From positions 2,368,001-2,432,000 of the forward strand of contig CAXXTB010000002.1 in assembly GCA_963676795.2 (NCBI GenBank): 64,000 bases of DNA, written 5' to 3'. Both the position numbers and the translations under genes were made by a program. This document shows positions 56,444-64,000 of this stretch, one piece after another. A model generated the notes under the pieces. The model worked only from the letters and a program-made list of their open reading frames with translations. It was not told the DNA's origin and made no database searches. Position 1 is the first letter of the stretch. Each line of letters opens with the position of its first letter. This DNA comes from Geopsychrobacteraceae bacterium. Lineage in GTDB: Bacteria; Desulfobacterota; Desulfuromonadia; Desulfuromonadales; Geopsychrobacteraceae.

Positions 56444-56577
56444 GTGCCCCGGAGCCCCGCTCGGGGCTCGCCCATGGCATTCTCTCGTCTTTTCCGGGAA
56501 AGACGGCTTGTCGTGCAACTTATCTGCGCTAAAATATAAGATGTACGCCCCCTTTCGGGACGAAAAAGGAGAGTCGC

Positions 56578-56748
56578 ATGGACAGAAAGCAGACCAACCT
56601 TGAAGATTCCCGCGTTTCAGCGCTGCAACCCCCACCAAAAATGACTGAAAAGCTCTGGCAGAGCCCCCAGAAAAGCTGCAAAAACTGCCCGTACTGTAAC
56701 CAGGATGTCGATACCTACCCCTGTGCGCGGTGTCATACCCGGCATTAG
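56578..56748 (+). CDS. Cys-rich microprotein, 56 aa (not in ORF track)
   Basis: AAGGAG RBS then MDRKQTNLEDSRVSALQPPPKMTEKLWQSPQKSCKNCPYCNQDVDTYPCARCHTRH*. Confidence 0.55.
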   Translation: MDRKQTNLEDSRVSALQPPPKMTEKLWQSPQKSCKNCPYCNQDVDTYPCARCHTRH

Positions 56749-56857
56749 TCGACAGCTGGTTGAACAAACATAACGGCCTGAAAAAACAGCGCGAAATGAG
56801 GGTGAATCTGTTAGAATATTGACGTCTTCTCCCGACCCAAAATAACAAGAGGCTACC

Positions 56858-58387
56858 ATGTCCAGATTTCTGCTCTCTGTGCTGTTGATTACGCTACTGA
56901 CCTCGCTCTGTCAGGCCAGTCCCTACCAGGCCATCCTCTACCCGGAAGGAGCAACCCTCTTTGAGCGCAAAGATCTGGCTTCGGGCGTTGATCAGGCGGT
57001 ACTCTACCTTCCCCAGGTTGCCCAGCCAGATTCGTTGCGTGCCAGCCTGGATGACGAGAGCCAGACCAACATCAGCTCCGTCGAATACAGCTCCGTACTC
57101 CCTGAAACACAGGATTTCATGCCGCTGCGCGACAAAATCGCCGCCCTGAAGAAACAGCTGAACGAGCTTGATGATCAGGCTCAGGCCACTCAACTGGTCC
57201 TGAGCTACTGGCAGAAGCAGACACCGAAACAGGACGCGTCAGTTCAGGAAACCCTGGAGTTAAGCAAGGCCATTCAGGCGCAAAGCCTGGCCCAGCTTCA
57301 GACGCTAAGCCGGCTCAATCAGGAGAAATCGTCCATCAGGGAACAGATCGCTGAAGCCCAGCGCCAGCTTGATGAACAGACCGGGCAGAACAGCCGGCTG
57401 TGGAAAGTCACCCTGCACCTCTCGGCCCCGTTGAAAAAAGCGACCTCCGTTCATTACGACTACCGAATCCGGCAGGCCGGATGGTCGTCAAGCTACAGCC
57501 TTAACGCACTCCCCCGTGAAAAACGGATCGAATGGATCTGGAATGGGCAGATTGTCCAGACCAGCGGGCAGAACTGGCCGGAGATCCGTATCCTGGCCGC
57601 AACCGCCGAACCTGCATTTTCCCTGACCCCGCCGGACAACAGCCCCTGGGTTCTCAGTGAGATCAGACCGCAGCCCCGCCCCGCGATGAAGACTCTGGCC
57701 AACCGGCAATATGTGGCTGCGGAAGCCATGCTTGACGATGAAGTCGCTGCAAGCGCCCCGCGGCCTCAACGTCGGGCTGGACAGATTTTCGACCTCTACG
57801 ACCTGGGCCGGCTCTCCCTCGCTTCCGGCAAAGCGGCGATTGTCAATATCCGCTCGGGACGCTGGGCCGCAGAATTTTCTTATCTGACGCGTCCGCTCCA
57901 GACCGAGCAGGCCTTTCTGATGGCCGAGGTGCTTCTCGGCGATGATGTTGTTCCGCTCCCGGAAGGAAACGCCTCCATTCAGCTGGAAGGGGTTCACGTC
58001 GGACAGAGGAGTTTTTCACTGGCAGGCAAGCAGGAACTCAAACTCAGCTTCGGTAACGATCCCGCAATCGCTATCGATGTCAAAACGGCCCATGTCGACG
58101 GCAGCGCAGGGCTGCTGTCGAAAAACGAAACCTACAGCTGGAACTGGAGCGTCACTCTGAAAAACAACAAAAGCATCCCGGTTCACTTGACGGTCGAAGA
58201 CAGCTTACCGCACAGTAGCCACGACAGGATCCTGGTCAAAGAACAATTTACCGAACCGCTGCCGGAAAAGACCGATGACGGCCTGCTCAGCTGGCAGTTT
58301 GATCTTGCATCCGGCAATGTGCAGAAACTGACCTTCGGCTACCAGGTCAGCTATCCCGAAGATATGCAGATCGACAAGGGACGCTAG
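56858..58387 (+). CDS. DUF4140/DUF4139 (MuiA-like) exported protein
   Basis: Signal peptide, LYP.GA, coiled coil, AGW...Y, Q.SG.NW, L.FG.D, V.D.LP.S, L.W. Confidence 0.85.
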   Translation: MSRFLLSVLLITLLTSLCQASPYQAILYPEGATLFERKDLASGVDQAVLYLPQVAQPDSLRASLDDESQTNISSVEYSSVLPETQDFMPLRDKIAALKKQLNELDDQAQATQLVLSYWQKQTPKQDASVQETLELSKAIQAQSLAQLQTLSRLNQEKSSIREQIAEAQRQLDEQTGQNSRLWKVTLHLSAPLKKATSVHYDYRIRQAGWSSSYSLNALPREKRIEWIWNGQIVQTSGQNWPEIRILAATAEPAFSLTPPDNSPWVLSEIRPQPRPAMKTLANRQYVAAEAMLDDEVAASAPRPQRRAGQIFDLYDLGRLSLASGKAAIVNIRSGRWAAEFSYLTRPLQTEQAFLMAEVLLGDDVVPLPEGNASIQLEGVHVGQRSFSLAGKQELKLSFGNDPAIAIDVKTAHVDGSAGLLSKNETYSWNWSVTLKNNKSIPVHLTVEDSLPHSSHDRILVKEQFTEPLPEKTDDGLLSWQFDLASGNVQKLTFGYQVSYPEDMQIDKGR

Positions 58388-58416
58388 GCGTTTAGCGCCG
58401 GAAGACAGGAGATGCT

Positions 58417-58770
58417 ATGACCGACGCAGTCAACGCTGCCGCCGATTTGAGCCCGGGATTGCACAAGGTCCGCTCAAGACGCAGGATCCTCTGGCTGGTG
58501 CTGCTGATCTATCTGCCGGCCATGATCATTGCCTTTGCCCAGGACAATGCAAAGTTCTGGATGGCTATGACCTTCTGTGTCTGGCTGGTATTGCTGATCG
58601 TTGCTGTGGTCATCAACTGCCTGGTGCGCTGCCCGCGCTGCGGTCAGCAGTTCCATACCCACGGACCAAGCTTTATCCCCCTGCGGCGCTGCCTGCACTG
58701 TGGACTCCATGTCAGCGCCGACAAACGTCCGGATGAAAAACTCCCCCCCGTTCCCGAGGGCAAGTGCTAG
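58417..58770 (+). CDS. Two-TM membrane protein with C-terminal zinc ribbon
   Basis: GGAG RBS, two hydrophobic helices, CPRC...CLHC. Confidence 0.75.
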   Translation: MTDAVNAAADLSPGLHKVRSRRRILWLVLLIYLPAMIIAFAQDNAKFWMAMTFCVWLVLLIVAVVINCLVRCPRCGQQFHTHGPSFIPLRRCLHCGLHVSADKRPDEKLPPVPEGKC

Positions 58771-58819
58771 CTGATGACACCGCACAAATGCCCTATTGCG
58801 CTCAAAAGGCTATCCATTC

Positions 58820-59179
58820 ATGGCAACAGATCTGAAACCAACCGTCTCGTTCTACGACTCTTTCGCCAAGCTCGATATCAGGGTCGGCAGAATCATTGCG
58901 GCAGAGCTTGAAACAACAACCCCAAAACCGACCTACAAAATGACCGTCGATTTCGGCAAGTACGGCACCTGGATCAGCTACGGGCGCTTCACCCGGCACT
59001 CGCTCGCCGAAGTAATCGGCCGGCAGGTCCTCGGCGTTCTGAACTTTGAACCGCGCCAGATGGGCCCTGTCGTTTCAGAGGTCTTGATTCTCGGCGTCCA
59101 GTATCCTAAAGCGGAAAGCGGTGAGGCGACCTTTGTTACACCGGCGGAAGATGCCAAACTGGGCAGCAAACTGTTCTAG
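58820..59179 (+). CDS. tRNA-binding / CsaA-like OB-fold protein
   Basis: F.KLDIRVG.I, YK..VDFG, NF.PRQMG...SEVL.LG, G.KLF. Confidence 0.9.
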   Translation: MATDLKPTVSFYDSFAKLDIRVGRIIAAELETTTPKPTYKMTVDFGKYGTWISYGRFTRHSLAEVIGRQVLGVLNFEPRQMGPVVSEVLILGVQYPKAESGEATFVTPAEDAKLGSKLF

Positions 59180-59230
59180 ACCAAGGTTCCAGGAGCTCCC
59201 CATCGGAACCATCTGCCTCTTCTGTCTGCA

Positions 59231-61183
59231 TCAGCTGTTCGCCCTGAGATATTCATCAACCGGCAGCAGCTGCCATTGATCCTCGCTCCTGAGCTCCAGC
59301 ACCAGATCATGATAGGCCAGGATACTTGGGCGGTGACCGACGCTGATATAGTGGATACCGAGTTCTTTGAGGCATTGGTAGAGACGCCCTTCGTTTTTCG
59401 TATCAAGGGCGCTGGTCGCCTCGTCAAGAACGGCAAAGCGCGGTCTGTTGATCAACAAGCGGGCAAAAGCCAACCGTTGCTGCTCGCCGAGCGAGAGCAG
59501 GTCCGCCCAGTCGAGCTCTGTGGCAAAACCGCCGACCCGTTCGACCAGGTCGGGCAGCTGGACCAGGCCAAGAACCTCCTGAAGCTGCTCCTCGCTGATA
59601 TTGTTCTCGACCCGCGGGTAGAGCAGCTGATCGCGCAGAGTACCGAGAATCATATAGGGCTTCTGGGGCAGGAAGAAGATCTCAGCGTGGGCCGGGGTGC
59701 TGATCCTCCCCTTGCCCTGCGTCCACAGCCCGGCAACAGCACGCAGCAGTGAACTTTTTCCGATCCCGCTCGGACCGACGATCAGCAGGTCCTGATCTGC
59801 GGGCAGATCCAGACTGAGATCGCGGACCAGGGTGCGACTCTGGTTCGGCGGCTGCAAAGTCAGCGCTTCAAGAGCAAAGTTCTCCCCTTCGTCCATCTGA
59901 ATCCCGGCGACAGGCTGTTCTTCCGCCTCCAGGGCCTGTGAGAAACCGGAGAGACGCTGCACCCCGGCGGCAAAGTTGGTGATATCTTCAATCTGTCCGA
60001 CAATCAGCGACAGCGCGCCATAGACCTGCATGAAGGCGAAGTTGGCCTGGACCATGTCGCCGTATTCGATCTGCCCCTTGAAATAGAGCGGAAAGAGAAC
60101 GACAAAAGGGAGCACCATCGGCAGATAGCTGTAGGCCGTGGTGAAAAACGACAGGTTCCGCTGCCAGCCGATCAGCAGACCAAAGTTGCCGATCACCTGC
60201 CTGAAACGCGAACGGATATTACCCAGCTCGGAGGTTTCCCCCTGGTAAAAGGCAATCGATTCGGCATTGTCGCGCACGTGGATCAGGGAATAACGGAAAT
60301 CGGCCTCGTAGCGCAGCTGGTTGAAGTTGAGCCTGACCAGTCGGCGGCTGATCAGCAGGGTGATCAGGGTGCCGATGACCGAATAGGCGAGAACCACGAT
60401 CACCAGCAAGACCGATTTCGACCAGAGAATCCCGGTGAAAGAGATCAAGTCCATCAGCGAACCGAGCAGGATCAGCAGAAAAGCCAGCGAGGTCCGGGTG
60501 AAGGTCCGGATATCCTCCATAATCCGCTGGTCAGGGTTGTCGATGTCGGAACGGTTTTCAATCTCGTAATAGCAACGGTTGCTGAAGTATTGAGTGACGA
60601 AGCTGTTGGTCATCCACTCCCGCCAGTGCATGCCGAGGTAATCACGGACATAGCCATAGAATGCAACGATCGGAATACCGATGAGAAAACCGCAGAAGTA
60701 GGTGATGACGAAGAAATAGGATGAACTTTCATCCTTGCTGACCAGGGCGTTGGTAAAGAAGTTGCCGATGTAGCTGAAGGCGACGTTGATCCCGGTGACC
60801 GACAGCGAGAGGAGCAGAACCACCGCCAGCAGCAGCCAGGCCCTGCCGTGGGAACGCAGCAAACGGCGCAGACCGAAAAAGACCAGCGCCGGACCGACAA
60901 GGGCGAAGATCGGGAAAACTATCGCCGCAGAATCGAAGGTGGAGCGGACGGTCTCCGTCAGGCCATGAGCCAGCCGCGCAGTCAGCGCCGGGGCCAGACT
61001 ATCGCTCACCAGGACCACGCCAGAGACGAGCAAAAACAGCAGACCGAACAGGAAGATCAGCATCAACAGCATCAGCAGCAGGGTCAGACGACCACCATAG
61101 CGATTGCGTTCAAAAAAATAGGGGTAAGCGATGGCGATAAAACGGCGCCACAAAAAACGGTCCCTGGGATCTTTGGCAGTCAT
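59231..61183 (-). CDS. ABC transporter fused permease/ATPase, ABCD-type (YddA/BacA-like)
   Basis: IDNPDQRI.ED, EADFRY.L..VR.NAESIAFY.G, GPSGIGKSS, PQKPY, LSLGEQQR, LDEATSALD. Confidence 0.93.
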   Translation of the reverse strand: MTAKDPRDRFLWRRFIAIAYPYFFERNRYGGRLTLLLMLLMLIFLFGLLFLLVSGVVLVSDSLAPALTARLAHGLTETVRSTFDSAAIVFPIFALVGPALVFFGLRRLLRSHGRAWLLLAVVLLLSLSVTGINVAFSYIGNFFTNALVSKDESSSYFFVITYFCGFLIGIPIVAFYGYVRDYLGMHWREWMTNSFVTQYFSNRCYYEIENRSDIDNPDQRIMEDIRTFTRTSLAFLLILLGSLMDLISFTGILWSKSVLLVIVVLAYSVIGTLITLLISRRLVRLNFNQLRYEADFRYSLIHVRDNAESIAFYQGETSELGNIRSRFRQVIGNFGLLIGWQRNLSFFTTAYSYLPMVLPFVVLFPLYFKGQIEYGDMVQANFAFMQVYGALSLIVGQIEDITNFAAGVQRLSGFSQALEAEEQPVAGIQMDEGENFALEALTLQPPNQSRTLVRDLSLDLPADQDLLIVGPSGIGKSSLLRAVAGLWTQGKGRISTPAHAEIFFLPQKPYMILGTLRDQLLYPRVENNISEEQLQEVLGLVQLPDLVERVGGFATELDWADLLSLGEQQRLAFARLLINRPRFAVLDEATSALDTKNEGRLYQCLKELGIHYISVGHRPSILAYHDLVLELRSEDQWQLLPVDEYLRANS

Positions 61184-61428
61184 GGCATACTCACAGCGGG
61201 TCAGATCGGTTGTTGGTCATGGTGGTCCACTATACTCCGTTCAGAGGAGATACAACAGCCTTTCAGGAACAGAAATCTTGCACTGCCAGAAAGAAGCGGC
61301 CTTGCAACGTCCCCTCCTTCCTGTTTAGCCACCGAAAAAATAGTTTTTCATAAGATGTGTTTTAAAAGTCGCAAAGCACCAGTCTTTTCAGTAATATATG
61401 ACCTTATCAGGACGAGACAGATGCCGTC

Positions 61429-62118
61429 ATGGCAGAATCCGGCCAGACAGGACAGACAGGACCTGGCGAAGCGCCAGGATATGTTCAGGTGCGCATCAGT
61501 GATGATGGCGTCGGCTTTTCCAAAGAAACCCTGGCACACGCCTTCACCCCCTTTTTCACCACCAAGAAGAAAACTATCGGCACGGGGCTGGGCCTGACCA
61601 TGGTCCACAACACCATCTCGCAGCACCAGGGACAGATTGTTATCGAATCGGAACAGAATCGAGGAACTGACGTCAGTATCTACCTGCCCATCCCGGAAGA
61701 AGCGGAGCAGCAACAAGAAGCGGCTCAGCAGTCGCCAGAGACTCCACGGTTCACATGCAGCATCCTGCTCGCGGATGACAACCCGGCGATCATCGAAACC
61801 CTCGGTTCTGGCCTCGAAAGTTTTGGTCACAGGATCATAACGGCTCAGAACGGGCAGGAACTGATCGAACAGTATCAGCAAGCAGCGGAGGAAATCGACC
61901 TGATCATTTCTGATCTTGAAATGCCGCTCATCTCCGGGGATGAAGCTTTCTACAAAATCAGAGAGATCAATCCCGAAGCGAAGTTCATAATGACATCCGG
62001 CTTTCTTGAGGATGAACGGGTCCAGAAAGCGCTGAAGGCGGGAGCTGCCGGGTTCATTCCCAAACCCTGCAAACTTGAGGTACTGCTGCAAAAAATAGAG
62101 TTCTGCCTGCAAGCATAG
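61429..62118 (+). CDS. N-terminally truncated hybrid kinase (partial HATPase_c + receiver), possibly a pseudogene
   Basis: Begins just before ISDDGVG, has PFFTTK and GTGLGL, then an intact receiver. No H-box or N-box; in-frame TGA at 61399 prevents extension. Confidence 0.7.
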   Translation: MAESGQTGQTGPGEAPGYVQVRISDDGVGFSKETLAHAFTPFFTTKKKTIGTGLGLTMVHNTISQHQGQIVIESEQNRGTDVSIYLPIPEEAEQQQEAAQQSPETPRFTCSILLADDNPAIIETLGSGLESFGHRIITAQNGQELIEQYQQAAEEIDLIISDLEMPLISGDEAFYKIREINPEAKFIMTSGFLEDERVQKALKAGAAGFIPKPCKLEVLLQKIEFCLQA

Positions 62119-62218
62119 GGTTAGTCAGTTGCATACATTAACCCGCCTCCGCGAGAGGGGGGAGCGAAGTGTCGGGTTGAGGGGAATGCCCAGAAAAGGC
62201 CTTTTCCCCCGCGAAGAT

Positions 62219-62803
62219 TTACTGGGCAGCCATCTCCAGGACTTTTTTCTCCATCAGGGCAAAGAGGCCGTCATAACCATCCCGCCGGATTATTTCGCTG
62301 TAGGTCGAGCTGTAATTTTTGATCAGGCTGACACCATCAATAACCAGATCAAAGACCTGCCAGCGGTCAGTTCCGTAGATCAGTCGGTACTGAACAGGAA
62401 TCTCGAGATCGTTGGATTTGATAACCGTATCGATAATCGCCTTGTCGTCCTTGACCCGCTTTTTGACAAACAGCACCGAACCGCTGGAATAATCATCGAC
62501 CTTGTTCAGGTAGGTCCCCTCCATCACTTTGACGAACAGACGTTCGAAATGTTGCCGCTGTTCTACGGACGCACTGTCCCAGTAGCTTCCGAGAGTCCGG
62601 CGCGACATCGACTCGATATCGAGAAAATCCTGAACCTGGGTACTGATCCGGGCTTTTTTGTCTGCCAGTGATATGTCCTTGTTTTTCAGGACCGCCAGAA
62701 CGGTATTGACAACTTTTTCTACTTCGACCTGAGGATCAGAAAGAGCGAAGGCTGCGGGAGAAATGAACAACAGCAGCACAAAGCCGAACAACAAACTTTT
62801 CAT
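62219..62803 (-). CDS. mlaC: MlaC-family phospholipid-binding protein
   Basis: Signal peptide, D..MSRR.LG.YW, W.V.D.VI.GVSL..NY...Y; adjacent to mlaA. Confidence 0.88.
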   Translation of the reverse strand: MKSLLFGFVLLLFISPAAFALSDPQVEVEKVVNTVLAVLKNKDISLADKKARISTQVQDFLDIESMSRRTLGSYWDSASVEQRQHFERLFVKVMEGTYLNKVDDYSSGSVLFVKKRVKDDKAIIDTVIKSNDLEIPVQYRLIYGTDRWQVFDLVIDGVSLIKNYSSTYSEIIRRDGYDGLFALMEKKVLEMAAQ

Positions 62804-62804
62804 C

Positions 62805-63704
62805 CTAATGAACTCCAAACCAGTCAAGTGGATTTAACCAGTCTCCGTCAAACAACGGACCACTGAAAATATTCAGATTGTAGCCATTCTTGCCGACCTG
62901 GGCGAGGCGTCTCTGGGCGTACGCCGAACGGATAAACAGGTACGGATCGAGGGAATCCCTGACAATCCCTTCGTAGGTATCCTGATCGAGAGAAAGACGG
63001 TTTTCGACATCCAGGGTCTTGATTCCGACATACTCAAAAGACTCAAGATCGGAATAACGCAGAGGATCGGCATATGAATCGACAAAGCTGCCGGTAGCAT
63101 CACGCAGGCTGGATGGCCCGACGATCGGCAGAACCAGGTAAAAACCGTGGCCAAAACCGTAAAAGCCGAGGGTCTGACCAAAATCTTCAATTGTCGGCTT
63201 GACCCCGGCATAAGAGTCGGCCACATCAAACAGGCCAGCGACACCAAAGGTCGAGTTGATCACAAAGCGATAGACTTCCGTGCCAAAATCACGAAATTTA
63301 AACTGCAGCAGACAGTTGCCGATTCGAACTGGTGATCCCAGATTGAAAAAGAAATTCTTCACCGAAACCCGGGCTGGTCTTGGCACGACCCGGAAGCCTC
63401 TGGCAACGGGCTTGATCGCGTAAAAGTAAAGCTTGTCATTGACCCAGAAAACACCGCGGTTGAACGGCTCCAGCGGGTCGGCGATCAAAGCCTCCTGATG
63501 ATAGACGTCCCGCTCCGAATCCGGCTCACTAAAGGCACTTTCAAAATCGTCCCAGTCATCTTCCTGGGCACGACTGACCAGGACGACTTCCTCACCCCGA
63601 CCCGCTTCAGCAGCTGCCGCCGGCAAAGGGGCCGCCTGCAGTAAAAACAGCAGACACAGCACTACAGAAAGACAGAACATCATTATTTTTTTCATGCCAC
63701 TCAT
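62805..63704 (-). CDS. mlaA: MlaA/VacJ-family protein
   Basis: DPLEPFNR, NFF.NL, RF.INST.G..GLFD, EDFGQTLG.YG, LP..GPSS.RD, DPY.F.R.AY. Confidence 0.92.
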   Translation of the reverse strand: MSGMKKIMMFCLSVVLCLLFLLQAAPLPAAAAEAGRGEEVVLVSRAQEDDWDDFESAFSEPDSERDVYHQEALIADPLEPFNRGVFWVNDKLYFYAIKPVARGFRVVPRPARVSVKNFFFNLGSPVRIGNCLLQFKFRDFGTEVYRFVINSTFGVAGLFDVADSYAGVKPTIEDFGQTLGFYGFGHGFYLVLPIVGPSSLRDATGSFVDSYADPLRYSDLESFEYVGIKTLDVENRLSLDQDTYEGIVRDSLDPYLFIRSAYAQRRLAQVGKNGYNLNIFSGPLFDGDWLNPLDWFGVH

Positions 63705-64000
63705 CTCTTCTCTGTCATTATCAGAAAGGGAGCCTGCGATCTGTTGCAGATACGTATCTGTACAACCTGAAAGCTCTGCGGATCAAGCTCTGAAAAAAAA
63801 CGACTGACTTCTGCAGCCTCTTTGTCCCCCCCTGCGTGAGCAGGATAGACGACAATCGCCATCCGCCCTCCGCTGGTCAGCGCCGCACAGCAGGACGACA
63901 ATGCCCTGAGCGTCGTTTCCGGCCGGGTGATCAGGTTCTGATCGCCGCCGGGCAGATAACCCAGATTGGCGATGATAGCGGCAGGGGCCCCCGGCAGCAG
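63701..64000 (-). CDS. SAM-dependent methyltransferase (YtqB/MnmM-like), C-terminal part, partial
   Basis: Frame from 64000 reads LLPGAPAAIIANLGYLPGGDQNLITRPETT...GG....VYPAH.GG..E; NLGYLPGGD is the family motif. Confidence 0.82.
   Translation of the reverse strand: MLPGAPAAIIANLGYLPGGDQNLITRPETTLRALSSCCAALTSGGRMAIVVYPAHAGGDKEAAEVSRFFSELDPQSFQVVQIRICNRSQAPFLIMTEKR

Noticed and set aside
61184..61428. Cobalamin riboswitch upstream of the BacA-like ABC transporter
   Set aside because: No B12-box or AGGGAA/GCCACTG elements visible.
62140..62212. GC-rich hairpins between convergent genes
   Set aside because: Imperfect stems, single copy in the window; most simply weak terminators.
1..64000. 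CRISPR array, rRNA, prophage or intact IS
   Set aside because: No regularly spaced direct repeats, rRNA signatures, or integrase/transposase/phage ORFs were seen.

Overview
This is a GC-rich bacterial chromosomal segment. Gene content (porin-cytochrome conduit, multiheme cytochromes, yqeY-cvpA-mutS2-dnaG-rpoD-tRNA-nif3-rnpB block) points by inference to an anaerobic Desulfuromonadales/Geobacter-like deltaproteobacterium. Main blocks: (1) racemase, cyclase, PAS hybrid kinase, RNase R and a hidden UGA-containing ArsC/Spx-like selenoprotein with a SECIS-like hairpin. (2) A nitrogenase accessory region without nifHDK: unfused nifE-nifN, an IscU-like::NifQ fusion, cowN and divergent nifV, with sigma-54 promoters, an NtrC-type enhancer and an ANTAR-type attenuator. 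An AT-richer ombB-omaB-omcB-like cassette plus a second porin sits between the two nif promoters. (3) An orange-protein-like NifB/NifX + two Fe-S ATPases + FprA operon with twin TGCATATGCA operators. (4) The macromolecular-synthesis region with tRNA-Ile2 and RNase P RNA. (5) A non-canonical cytochrome bd-superfamily module with c-type hemes. (6) A Gld-like ABC system, a rhomboid, a roughly 520-bp nested inverted-repeat element, double-length ThyX, an ErcA/ErcS-like pair, SPFH/NfeD, an unannotated Cys-rich microprotein, an ABCD-type transporter and mlaC/mlaA. I saw no CRISPR array, rRNA, integrase or transposase. All product calls come from motif recognition by eye; no database searches were run.
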